Below are positions 11,518 to 22,352 of a stretch of 33,103 nt of DNA, piece after piece. Every line of letters starts with the position of its first letter. Positions within the stretch are counted from its first letter, which is position 1. The position numbers and the translations under genes are program-made. Location of the stretch: positions 41,543,774-41,576,876 of the forward strand of contig NC_057719.1 of NCBI RefSeq assembly GCF_004010195.1, in the 5' to 3' direction. The notes under the pieces were generated by a model. The model searched no databases, had not been told where the DNA came from, and saw nothing but the letters and a program-made list of their open reading frames with translations. This stretch comes from Chiloscyllium plagiosum (lineage: Eukaryota).

Positions 11518-11829
11518 TGGGCAACAGTGGTTAGCACTGCTGCCTCACAGTGCCAGAGACCCAGGTTCAATTCCCGCCTCAGGCGACTGACTGAGTGGAG
11601 TTTGCATATTCTCCCCGTGTCTGCATGGGTTTCCTCCGGGTACTCCAGTTTCCTCCCACAGTCCAAAATCGTGCAGGTTAGTTGAATTGGCCATGCTAAA
11701 TTGCCCATAGTGTTAGATGAAGGTGTAAAATGTAGGGGAATGGGTTTGGGTGGGTTGCACTTCCGCGGGTTGGTGTGGACTTGTTGGGCCGAAGGGCCTG
11801 TTTCCACACTGTAAGTAATCAAATCAAAA
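11518..11829 (+). mobile_element. HE1-type V-SINE
   Basis: tRNA head (cagtggttagcactgctgcctcacag..ggttcaattccc), V-domain (gtggagtttgcatattctccccgtgtctgcatgggtttcctccggg), CR1-like tail gggccgaagggcctgtttcc. Confidence 0.92.
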
Positions 11830-12274
11830 GCAGATGCACTGAAGCTACAGTCAACAACACCTATGTACAAACCTTCCTCATCCAAGCTGCCAAATTGCTC
11901 TCGGTATATTTTCTTCCTTCTCTCCCTCCTACTGCATCTCAGTACACTGATCGGTTGCACAGATGGAGCGGAGGGAGCCTGCTCTAATGTAGTGACCACT
12001 GACCTTGGAGCTTTAGCAGGGCAACCCAAGGGGTACTTGTGTTGAAGTGGATCAGACATGGGAGCACCTTCTTGCCAGAGGCAATTTCATCCTCCTCAGC
12101 TTGATTTTCTGCTGCTCAGATGAGGAGAGGCAGGTTAGAGGTAGAAGGCCCAGTTACCTCTGTAGTGTCCCAAGTGGAAACTGCAAAAGGCCCTGTATGT
12201 GTAGTACCTCCTCTGACTGGGTGTAACCTGCCTGTTACTCTATCTCCATGTGAGGGGGAGTTACCTGGACTAAG

Positions 12275-12811
12275 ATCCATGCTGACCAGATATCTCTACC
12301 TAATCTAGTCCCCACTTGCCAGCACCTGGCCCATATCCCTCCAAATCCTTCCTATTCACATACCCATCTGGATGCCTTTTAAATGTTACAATTGTACCAG
12401 CCTCCACCACTTGCTCTGGCAGCTCATTCCATACACGCACCACCCTCTGTGTGAAAAAGTTGCCCCCTAGGTCTTTTTTATATCTTTCCTCTCTCACCCT
12501 AAACCTATGCCCTCTAGTTCTGGAGAACCCCACAGGGAAAAGACTTTGTCTGTTTATTCTATCCATGCCCCTCATGATTTTATAAACCTCTATAAGGTCA
12601 CCTTTGACACTTTGACACTTGAGGGAAACCAGTCCTAGCATATTCAGCCTCTTCCTATAGCTCAAATCCCCTAATCCTGGCAACATTCTTGCAAATCTTT
12701 TCTGAACCCTTTCAAGTTGCACAACATCCTTCCGATAGGAACAAGACAAAAATTGCATGCAATATTCCAAAAAGGTCTGTTTCCGTGCAGTACATCTCTA
12801 TGACTCTATGT
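12275..12811 (-). mobile_element. CR1 3' fragment with inverted body (12275-12771 minus; tail 12772-12811 plus)
   Basis: ORF 12300..12770(-) EYCMQF..LERVQKRFARMLPGL..GDLIEVYKIMRG. The adjacent plus-strand tail ggtctgtttccgtgcagtacatctctatgactctatg matches the tail at 29950-29995. Confidence 0.92.
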
Positions 12812-13439
12812 TGTACCCATCCTCTGTTTCCATGCCTTTGATCCTGGGGTTCAATGGATGGGACAATGGATTGAAAGGTGTGTGAGATTCTCCAGCAGCC
12901 CCTGACGGAGCTCGACCTGGCTCCCAACGACAGCTACTAATGGAAGCAGACAGATGGTCACTTAACTCCTGACACTAATGTAGCTTCTGAGCATTGATGA
13001 CCTTTGTCTCCCAGATGCCTGTTTGCTGTTGCTGCCCCTCCCTGTATGTTGAGATGAAGTCCCCATTGCTAACTCCTGCCAGGTTCCTGGACTCCAGCAG
13101 CCCTTCGAGTGCCAGCGACTGGAGGTCTTTCTTCCTCAGCCAGTTGCTGCGCAATTGCAGTGAGGCACTCAGTCAATAGTGTATCCTCACTACTGAACTG
13201 TCAGTATCTGGGCTAGCGGAGGGTGCAGGAGGCAGTCTTGACAATGCTTCTCTTGTCCCCACAAGTTTGAGGATTCTGGTGGAGCCAGAGTGTTTTGACA
13301 GTGTTGTCAAGGCAGGGCGGCCAAAGCTACAAGACAAAAGGTAGTGTCATGGCCAGTTGTTAGAAATGGTGCCCGATGACTGACACTAATAACAGGGAGA
13401 GTGGTAGTGCCTTCAGAGTGGGTAATTAGCACTTAGATT

Positions 13440-14005
13440 GATCCCTCCTTCTCCTGCTAGAGTCAAAATTCTCTCCTTGTAAGGAAAAAGGAGCCGAATA
13501 TCAGGCACCGCTCCACCCACTTGTCCTCTCTGCCCTGTTCTGTGCAGAGTCCTCCTGCAATTAGAGTAAAGGAGGCGGGGGAATGAGTGAGCAGACAGGG
13601 ACTGTCGGTGTTGGTGGAAAGGTAGTGAGATGTAGTGAAGCGCTGAATAGGTAGCCCGGAGGGCCTGCAGGTTAGTGATGTGGGAGTCTGAGGGGAGACA
13701 GTGACTGGGGGAGAATGTTGCAGCAATAGTGAGAATGGTTGAACATGTGCAATGGAAGAATTGAGTGAAAGTGAGATAACACTTACCCTGGCAAAGCAGA
13801 GCAGGTTATTGGCTTTTTTTTTCTCAGCAGTACTGGCTATTAGTCCATACCCTGGACGTAGCAGTGACTGAGATGATGACCTCAGACCAAGCTAGCAGGG
13901 TCTCCTGGTATAGCCTCCTTTGGTAGTACTCTGAGAAAAGAATGCTCCTCCTCTGCATCACCCAATCAGAACCTCCAGATCCCTGTCGGTACCTCACAGT
14001 GCCAT
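13440..14005 (-). pseudogene. Harbinger Myb/SANT-like DNA-binding gene remnant (two exons visible)
   Basis: DRDLEVL..MQRRSILF..QETLLAWSEV..SVTATS..KKANNLLCFAR, then donor gtaagt (13786-13781). Acceptor ttgcag precedes 13554, then EDSAQNRAER..VPDIRLLFPYKERILTLAG. Contains stops and frameshifts. Confidence 0.7.
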
Positions 14006-14561
14006 CTTACCCTATGCCTATACCTTCAGTGGAGCGGATTCAGAATGCCAATGTTTGTCTACGTGCATGGCAGCATTGTTAAAGATGGTGTGAAGAATGA
14101 CAGTCTTTGGATCGACGCTTTCTGAGTGTTGAGCTGTTGTATGAATGGAACATGGTAAGATGGGGAAGATGTCAGATGTAAGAGATGCCATGGGGCAGGG
14201 TAGGCAATTAATACTCTGAATTTGGTGAGATACTGTGAGAGAACCCACTAGGCCTCACAGCAACAAACCCTCCAAGAAAAGACTTTACTCAACAAAGACT
14301 CAGCCAAAAAAAAAAGCAAGATTCAGCCACTGATTTTTACAAAAATCAGTTCAAAGGTAGTCTCAACTTCCAATAATTTCACTTATCCAAATTTCACTGA
14401 GCCGGAATGTCCAGTGCCTGATAAAAGTTGTTTTTCTCTCCCTTCGAAGAATCCGCAGACTAGTTGTAAGGCATACTCCCATGATTTCTTCCCTCAGCCA
14501 CGTTAGGGTGAATCTTTTATTCCATCTTTTTGACCAAACGACAAACTTTCAGAAACATTTT

Positions 14562-14760
14562 GGAGGAGAAAGTGAGGACTGCAGATGCTGGAGATCAAAG
14601 TCAAAAAGTGTGGCGCTGGAAAAGCATAGCAGGTCCGGCAGCATCCTTAGGAGCAGGAGAGTTGATGTTTGAAGCATAAGGTCTTCATCATTCCTGACTC
14701 TCCCGCTCCTCGGATACTGCCTGACCAGCTGTGCCTTTCCAGCACCATACTTTTTGACTC
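14562..14760. mobile_element. PLE hairpin insertion (older)
   Basis: Inverted arms (gtcaaaaagtgtggcgctggaaaagc.. / ..gcctttccagcaccatactttttgac). Decayed hammerhead on the minus strand at ~14660-14692. Diverged TSD at 14549-14561 / 14761-14773. Confidence 0.8.
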
Positions 14761-16744
14761 TCACAAACATTCTACCTAGTAGCTGTTTGAGAACTATCTT
14801 TGCCATTGCTATCCCCAACAACTGATGCTTTCCTCCATAGTCCTCACTCTCTCTCTCTCTCTCTGTCACTTTCCTTCTACAATCCTGCGATTTGTAGCCA
14901 GACTACTGGAGAATCTGTAAGTTTACTCATAACAAAGCCAGCTACTGTGTCATTTGTGTTGAAATGTTAAACTTAACAGCTGACTTATGATAAGGCTTGC
15001 CCTCTGTCCTCATTGTGGTCCAAAGGCCATGCAGGATTAGCATCAGGCAGAACCAGCAGCAGGTTACATGTCACTTTTCATTCTTCCATTTGGCAATGAG
15101 TGAAAGAAATGGTTTAAAGCACAGCCATCTTATAACATCAAGCAGAAATAACGCTATCTTATTATGGTTTGTGCATCATAAATCTTTGGGGTGTCTGAAG
15201 ATAGCTGTGTTGGATAAGTAGAACATACATATAAAATAATTGAAGCAGACGACACAAAGGTAATCTTACAGAGAGGTGTCAGAGAAACAAGGTATGGTTA
15301 ACTATATTAAACACTTCTGAGAGGTGCAGTAGTACAAGGAGGATTTATTATACATGATGATGTTCACAGAGCTGTGACTCTAGTCAGAGGCATCTAGGTG
15401 CTATGAGAACGAGGCAAATAAAGAACTATAAGAGGGATGGATATGGGCTTGGGAAAATAACGCATTTGTAAGCCTTATATAGGAATGAAGTATGTTTTTG
15501 AAAATAGGATCACTATCTAGTTTCAATCTTATAGGTAAATGGGGAAAAGGAGAACAATTTTTGATTGGAGATCAGCAAGAGGGAAAATGGAGTAACATTG
15601 AGCCTATTGCAGGCAAAGTCTGTATTTGGAGACAAAAGTTAGCATACAGCCATTAAAACAACACATCTAGCTGAGGATTATGATAATTTTTATAAGGTGT
15701 AAAATCTCTAGGCAGTGTTGTGGTTTATGCAGAGATGTGTCAGAATGACAGCAGCTTCTAAGTATTAACTGGAATTTTATTCACAATGCTTTTAAAATGT
15801 CAGCTCTCTTTCTTACAGTTTTTTGTTTCAATTTTTATTTACGTTTCTCAGGAAGCACACCAAGCCTGACCATGGGCACATAGTAATCAATTAACAGAAA
15901 TGCATAAATCAAATTGCACCTGAGAGGGAAATGTTGTTTGGACAATTTCTGCTCTGCTCCTTCCAGAGAATGTGGAATATTGGGGTTATGGGAGTGTGAT
16001 GAGGGTATAGGCTGCTTAATGGTTATCTCTTGTTCTGGTTAACCGTGACAAAGTCTAATTTCATCCCATTGTGTACTTTCTTCTGTCAAATTTAGCTGAA
16101 TTTGGCGTTCTAATTAAACTGATGCAGACTCCATCATTTCTGTATGTTTCCTTCATGTTTTCACGCATCTTCCCCAGAGTATTGCTTACTGCTGGGCTAG
16201 GTTCCCAGCCTTGTTCCCCAGGTAATGAGAGCCTATTATACATAGTCAGTGGACTATGCTGATAGACACAACACCATAAGGAGTTAGAACTTATAATGTT
16301 AAGGGGAACACTTTTGTTTAATCAGTCTAATTTATCCTATTCCGTTTTTTCAAAAGCAAAATCTTCTGAGAAATAAATGGAAATGAAATGTGAAAAAGTA
16401 AATAAATGAAATTTGAGAGAACATAGTGGCAGTGATGTGTTCCAATCAGTAACTCTCAAATCTGGTTAGAAAACCTGCAGGAATGCTGCAGTTGGGCTCA
16501 GCTTGCTGTCTGATAAACTCCAGAATCAGATTATTCCTGCATCAAAATTCACAAACTCTTTTTAAACAATATCCTCGCATGGCGTGGTCTTGTTATTCGC
16601 TGTATGGAATTCCTAATTCAAATCAGAAGAAAAGTCACTCTGATTTCCCGAAGACAAGTCAAGACCTCCCTCCATGTCGTTATACAATGTCGGCAAAATC
16701 CGTGAAAGCATCATGGATGCTGCCTACAAGAATATAAAATCATA

Positions 16745-16990
16745 CTAATCACAAATTTAAGGTGATTGCAGAACAAAGCAAGAGGAAATATGAGGAAAGA
16801 CTTTATGATGCAACAGATGCTTACGATTCAGATAGCATGGTGAAAATGAACACAGCAGTAGCTTTCAAATTGAGCTAAATATATAGTTGAAAGACGTAAT
16901 TGCAGAGACTGAATGAGTGAGATAAATTGGATTATCTACTAAAGGGCCAGTACAGATTTAATTGGCTGAATAGCTTCCATTGATATTGAA
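16745..16990 (+). mobile_element. Old CR1 3' fragment
   Basis: cacaaatttaaggtgattg..tttatgatgcaacag..ggccagtacagatttaattggctgaatagcttcc resembles other CR1 3' ends in the window. Confidence 0.55.
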
Positions 16991-17484
16991 CAGCATTTCA
17001 GTGTCCTGTCAGCCAGTAAGATTCCCCTGATGATGTTCTCAATGTCCTCCTGCCTCAACCTCATATGTCACTTACAGGCCACTTCCCTTGTGGCCTCAAT
17101 TTTGAAGCTAGTGGGAGATGTTCAGGGGCAGTGGGAAGTCAACTAGATGACCTTATTTGGGCCTAGTGCTGGAAGTTGATGGACTTTGGCTCAATCTACA
17201 AACTTACTTTCTTCTATGTGTGAGCCAAGTCCTGCGTGTTCTTTTAAATGAAGCAATAGGAGAAGATCTTCGGTCTCACACTCTTAATTTATTTTAAGCA
17301 GTAAGTGGATAAAGCATACAGAGCTCTGGATCTAAACCTTTTTATCCCTGACAAACTACAAAGTATGCCAGTTCAAAAAGTAAGACCCCGTTCTGTCCCT
17401 GACCCAGTCTTTTATACAATAAAAAACGTCATACAAACACTGAGGTAGAATTATCTTCTGATTGACTGTTGATCTGACTCCATT

Positions 17485-17730
17485 CTCCGCTTCCTCGCAT
17501 TCCCGGATGTCCGACCCCACGTGACCTTCTTTTGCCCGCAAAACGGAGCATCACGTGACCTCCTCGGCCCGCGAAACGGAGCATCACGTGACCTCCTCGG
17601 CCCGTGAAACAGAGCATCACGTGACCTCCTCGCACTCTTCCGGGGCACGAAACGGAATGTCACGTGACCGCCTCGCACTCTTCCGGGCGCGAAACGGAAT
17701 GTCACGTGACCCCCTTCTGCGCATGTTAAA
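17485..17730. promoter_or_regulatory. CpG-island promoter-like element built from tandem repeats, six CACGTGAC motifs
   Basis: CACGTG at 17518, 17552, 17585, 17618, 17661 and 17703; the last two are perfect GTCACGTGAC. ETS CTTCCGG at 17637 and 17680, E2F-like GCGCGAAA at 17687, NRF1-like TGCGCATG at 17718. Dense CpG in a CpG-depleted window. Confidence 0.7.
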
Positions 17731-18039
17731 CAGCATCATCACAGGCTTCCGAATGCTGAATACATTTACACTCGCAGCCAGCCTTCTAATTTACAAGTAA
17801 GCCATATATTTACAAAGTGCAGGATGATCCCTCAGTGCTCTCTTTCCCCAGTGGGCACACCACTCTGCAGAGTTTCCCACTCAGTAGCTGCTCACTCCAA
17901 CACCAGCTGCTCCAGAAAGGTCCCCATGCTCTGACCCCAGGCTTCACATTTACCTCCACATCCTTCAGCCCCCTGTGCACTTGAATACCAGGACTGAAAA
18001 TCAGGTGGTTGTTTGCAGTCCTTACCTCCTCTTGACTCT

Positions 18040-18256
18040 GGTTTAGTTTGGATGGCTTCAAGGTTGGTTTGTGATGCTGAGTAGCACCAATAGCATGGGC
18101 TAAATTCCCACACCAGCTGAGATCCCCAGGAATGATTCTCCTTCTCAATCTTTCATCTCACCTTAGGCAGCATGACTCTCAGGTTGAACCACCATCTCTC
18201 CCTCTCTAATGAGAGAGCAGCCCTTTGGGCTGGTAAGACTCTGCTGACTTTAGACT
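18040..18256 (+). mobile_element. tRNA-derived SINE (same family as 10265-10490)
   Basis: Shares gctgagat.., ctctctaatga.., ccct(a/t)tgg..ctggtaaga..gacttta with the other copy. Confidence 0.7.
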
Positions 18257-18476
18257 CCACAGCCAGTGGAACTAAGTTTTTTTCCGCATCTACTTTTGCA
18301 TTTTACTGATATATTGAAAGCTTTGATCAATTCACCTCATAACATTCTAAATTTCAGGGAGCGTAACACCAGTGTTCTTCTTAGTATTTCTTATGTTTTA
18401 ATCCTTCAACTTCAGCTATCTTTCTGGTAAATCTATGCTCTATTACTCAAAAGCTAATGCATCCTTCCTCGGGTGT

Positions 18477-18610
18477 TCTGAGGAAGGGTCACTCGACCCA
18501 AAACATTAACTCTGATTTCCCTCGACAAGTGCTGCCAGACCTGCTCAGCTTTTCCAGCAACTTCTGTTTTTGTTTCTGATATGCAGCATTCACAGTTCTT
18601 TCAGTTTGTA
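18477..18610 (+). mobile_element. Solo PLE terminal repeat within an old minus-strand CR1 remnant (~18275-18700)
   Basis: CTGAGGA-A-GGGTC actc GACCC-aAAAC-ATT is a decayed hammerhead, followed by gctgccagacctgctcagcttttccagca. Diverged TSD at 18464-18476 / 18611-18623. Confidence 0.7.
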
Positions 18611-20442
18611 CTTCCTAAAGTGTGGTCTAAGTGGGCTTTGTGAAAGGTAAATGCGACTTCTACATTCCTAAACTCTAGCTCTTCTTTAATGAATGATGCA
18701 AATGGACTTGTGATTTCCTAGCTGTTCACTATTTAGAGTTACTCTGTTTTATCCTTTTCAGATCTTAAATGAATGTCTTTGTATTTGCTTACACTTCAGT
18801 TTTTGCCTGTTCGTTATGGTCTGTGCACAATTCCCTTTGTGCTGCTTGCGATGTGACAGCTCTCAGGCTGCTTTTAAGTACAGTTACAGAATAAAGCCAG
18901 TCTGTACAAGCACCATTAAAATGCTCTTAAAACCAAAAGCTGCCAGAATGCAGGCAAACAACTAAACATTTTAAAAACTGCCACACTAAGTCAGGTGCCA
19001 CATGTGCTAGCATTGCTACAGGGTGTTTTAACAATGAAGCTAATGCTATGGGTGGATTCTTACTCAAACTTGTGAAATTAGCCATGAGGTCTGATTCATT
19101 TTATTTGCATATTAATATGAGCCCCATATCCAGCCTCTGTTTTTGCCTCAGACAAAACCAGGCCTTCAGCAAATTATTTTGCCCAGGCACACGAGCAAGA
19201 TCCAGCCTTACAAGATCAGGGCTAATTAGTATTGAACAGCTGGTTACCAGACTGCACTATCTTTTTCCACACCACTTAATTTCCCAATAGACTAATCTCA
19301 AACGAGGTCTCTCTAATTTACAGTTTATGTCACATTGTGTGCTGAATGGTTTCATTTCCCATCCACTTAATTGGGCTCACCCTACCCAAAACTGACTGTC
19401 AATACAGGGCACCAGATGCCTTTTTAACAGATATCAGCACACAAGCTCAGAATAATGTTCACTACAAGACAGGGAGCATTTGTGCCAACCTGTAAAACCT
19501 GGAGAAATTAACAAGCAACTACGGAAGAGATTGCAATGAACCAAACATGCTCACAACTTAAAGAACAACTGACAGACAGCTTTCACACAAAAACTCTATC
19601 CAAGTCAACCAATTGCAACCGAGTCAAGTTAAATTATTTCTGTTTCATTGAATTTCAGGGTGTTTCGTATACTATCATATCACATTTGAAAAGTCCAGTT
19701 TGTGTCAGTTCTAAAACTCTCAATAACTTCACATATTGAGATAACTGGTCACAGTTTTGTACTCACAAGACTATCAATGTGAACTTGAGTTTCTAGTGTA
19801 TGGTTTAAGCATGGAAAATGTTGGAGTTTGATTTTCAATTTGGAGTCAGGTACCCAATGCCCAGACTACTTCCTTGTTGGTCCCACACTGCATCTGTGTC
19901 GCTTAATCTATGTGCTCATTAAATCTAAATACCCTAATTGGTGGTGAGCGAAGCACCCAAGCAGGATGTTGAGAATTATCAGGAAGCAGAAACTGCTTGC
20001 AAAGAAGTTGGCAGCTGTGAGGAGGCCCATCTTACTGAAGAAAGCAGGCAGCACCTCAGAGAGCATCAAGGTGGGCAAATGACCAACTGGAGCATGCAGT
20101 GTCCAATCTGCAGAAAGATCCTACAGGCCCCAGAGGTACACAACATAAAAATATAGCACCCATTATGGAAGCTGGCAGCTGTGCACTAACATACACCAGA
20201 CTGACTAGTTTGGCAATTTGCAGATTGAAAATTGTCTTCACTGAACCATGAGCTAGCTCCTCGAGGAGGTTAACAGTTATTAATTGGAGGCAAGTAGATT
20301 CCTGACTCCCCACAGTCACTGATCTCACATTGAAAACTTAAGCACATCTTGGTGAAATGGGAGATGGCATGGGGCAGGGTGACACTAGGCACATGAGTAG
20401 CGTATACTGCCCACCGAAGCTTCTGGGTCTAGTCAACACCTT

Positions 20443-20888
20443 TGATAGAAATGTTAATAGCTTGATTCGGGCTCAATACAGAGTGCTAATAGCCAGGGCT
20501 GCAGTAATCATCCTTCCCAGGAAGAGCGATTAGTGCCCATTACTACAGCAATGGACTTCCGCGCAGACTGACAATGTCTGCATTGAAACTAACAACAAGC
20601 GCGCTGAAATTCACAAAGGCTGCGCTGGAACTGACAATGACTGTATCGAAATTATCAACAACTCTGCAATGATGATCATAAACAAATCATGTTACAAGGA
20701 CAATAATCTCATGAATTACCTATTGTATCACAACATGTATAAGATTATCTTGACATGTGTCTGAGTCGAGAGAAGAATCACAGCTGTTGGTGTCTTTCTC
20801 TCCCCGGAGATCCGGTATTTCCTTGTACAATAAACTCTGTCATTGAACCCAGACTCTGACTCCGAGGCTGATGATTTTCCCCATAGCA
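20443..20888 (+). mobile_element. Possible solo LTR with internal 21-bp tandem repeat
   Basis: TG...CA ends, TATA-like TGTATAAG at ~20736, AATAAA at 20829, degenerate 21-mers at 20558-20662. No TSD found. Confidence 0.4.
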
Positions 20889-20974
20889 CTGGATTCAACA
20901 GGATTCAGACATAGCATCTAGGAACACAATTTCAAAGTTTAATGGGCAGTTAAAATTGTTGACCTTGATGTCCT

Positions 20975-21230
20975 AGTTCAAAGAATGGGCATTGGTTTGT
21001 GGTCAGGAATGTCTTCACATTCCGCCCATCCCCCATTATGTGGAACTCCCACTAAGACAAAGTTCTTTCTAATCATATAGAGGAAGTGGTCAGCATTTAG
21101 GAGATGGAAGACAATTAGAAGTAGACAGAACACAAAAGGATATCTGGAATAAGATGGATAGTTTAATAGAAGATCAGTCATTCAGCGAAGCAAAATTAAG
21201 TATTAATTGGACTAAATAATATCCTTCCCA
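20975..21230 (+). mobile_element. Old CR1 3' fragment
   Basis: tggaactcccc..gatatctggaataag..aagatcagtcattcagcgaag..ttggactaaataatatccttcc resembles a CR1 3' end. Confidence 0.5.
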
Positions 21231-22352
21231 ACAACTGATCACAGGAACAATTAAATGCTACTTGGTGTTTATAGTTCTGATATTATTACAGTAATCATTT
21301 CTTAACCTCACTTCTTTTGAAGTATTGGGTGGAATCTACTGAGGTCATAGGAGTGAAGGATAGAGACAGGACGCTTTGAAAGTGAAGCAGGTTGTTGCAG
21401 GGAATGATATTCCAGTGTCTGAGCAGGTAAGTTTCAAGTGAGAAGCCCCAAGGACGGCCTTTCCACCCTGCTTCCACTTAAGGTCACTTAACAACCTTTT
21501 CCCACCACAGCTGCGATTTTTGCTGGTCCTTGTGGGCCCTACCTGACTGGTAAACCTGTATGGGCTGCATGACACTTGTGGATTGTTCCCCAAAATGTAT
21601 TAACTGGTGCATAATCGAGGGTATGGACATAAGAATGGCTGCAGACAGCCACACACCCTACTACTGTTTCTGACTCCCATTGTACTCCTCTCCCTGTGAA
21701 CCCCAGCCCATTAGAGAGCACATCCCCACCCCTTTTAAAACAAAGCTTATGTTTTATCACAGGCTTACTCTTTTCCTGTGGAGTTCCAATTTACTATGTT
21801 TGTAGCAGTCATGGACTCATCCATGAGATTGCTGGTCTCTGATCTGAAGTGGCCTGAGGTGGTGGGATGTCATATCCTGGGGTCCTCAGTCAGGAAAAAA
21901 GCCTGCTTATGTCCTTTTAAGTGCCTGATGGATATAAGGTCCAACTCACCGTCAGTGGGAGACACTGCCAGAATCAGAAGTTAGCATACATTAACTCTAT
22001 GTCTCACACCATAGATGCTGGTAAAATCACTGTTGATCTCTGGCCTTTTCTGTTTTTCTATTTGTCTTATAAGTTTCCTTAATTCAATTCTATGCATCAA
22101 AATCTGAGCTGGTCCCATTTTTTAGAAATGGGGCTTGTGATTGGTAACCTAGACATATACATGCAGTTCACAATGTGAGCAACGTGGAAATTTGAAATTC
22201 TCACATCATTTACATGATAATAGAAAGTGTCCAAGCAGATAGAACACTACACATGAGCTCTGCAATCATCAGTTGCTTATAGATCACATGTTGCAGCCAG
22301 CGGCTCTTATTGACAGGCTGTCCTTAAAGGGGAACCTCTCCCATTTATCTAC

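Larger units (their letters stand above)
10525..14329. mobile_element. Decayed PIF/Harbinger transposon with nested insertions
   Basis: Diverged terminal inverted repeats GGGCAGAATTT (10525) and AAGATTCAGCC (14318-14328). Contains a Myb/SANT gene remnant. Boundaries are tentative. Confidence 0.5.

Noticed and set aside
11518..11585. tRNA genes (also 10265-10345 and 27380-27454)
   Set aside because: These are tRNA-derived SINE heads continuing into SINE bodies, with no complete cloverleaf.
16178..16221. Plus-strand micro-exon (SIAYCWARFPALFP) between ccccag and gtaatg
   Set aside because: Peptide not recognised and no partner exons found; such signals occur by chance.
17429..17800. ORFs over the CpG repeat
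   Set aside because: Translations merely mirror the tandem units; a regulatory reading fits better.
1845..18510. Additional active hammerheads at 1849, 9462, ~14690 and 18478
   Set aside because: Each has core or stem mutations (e.g. CAGATGA; GAAA to AAAA), so they are recorded only as decayed motifs.
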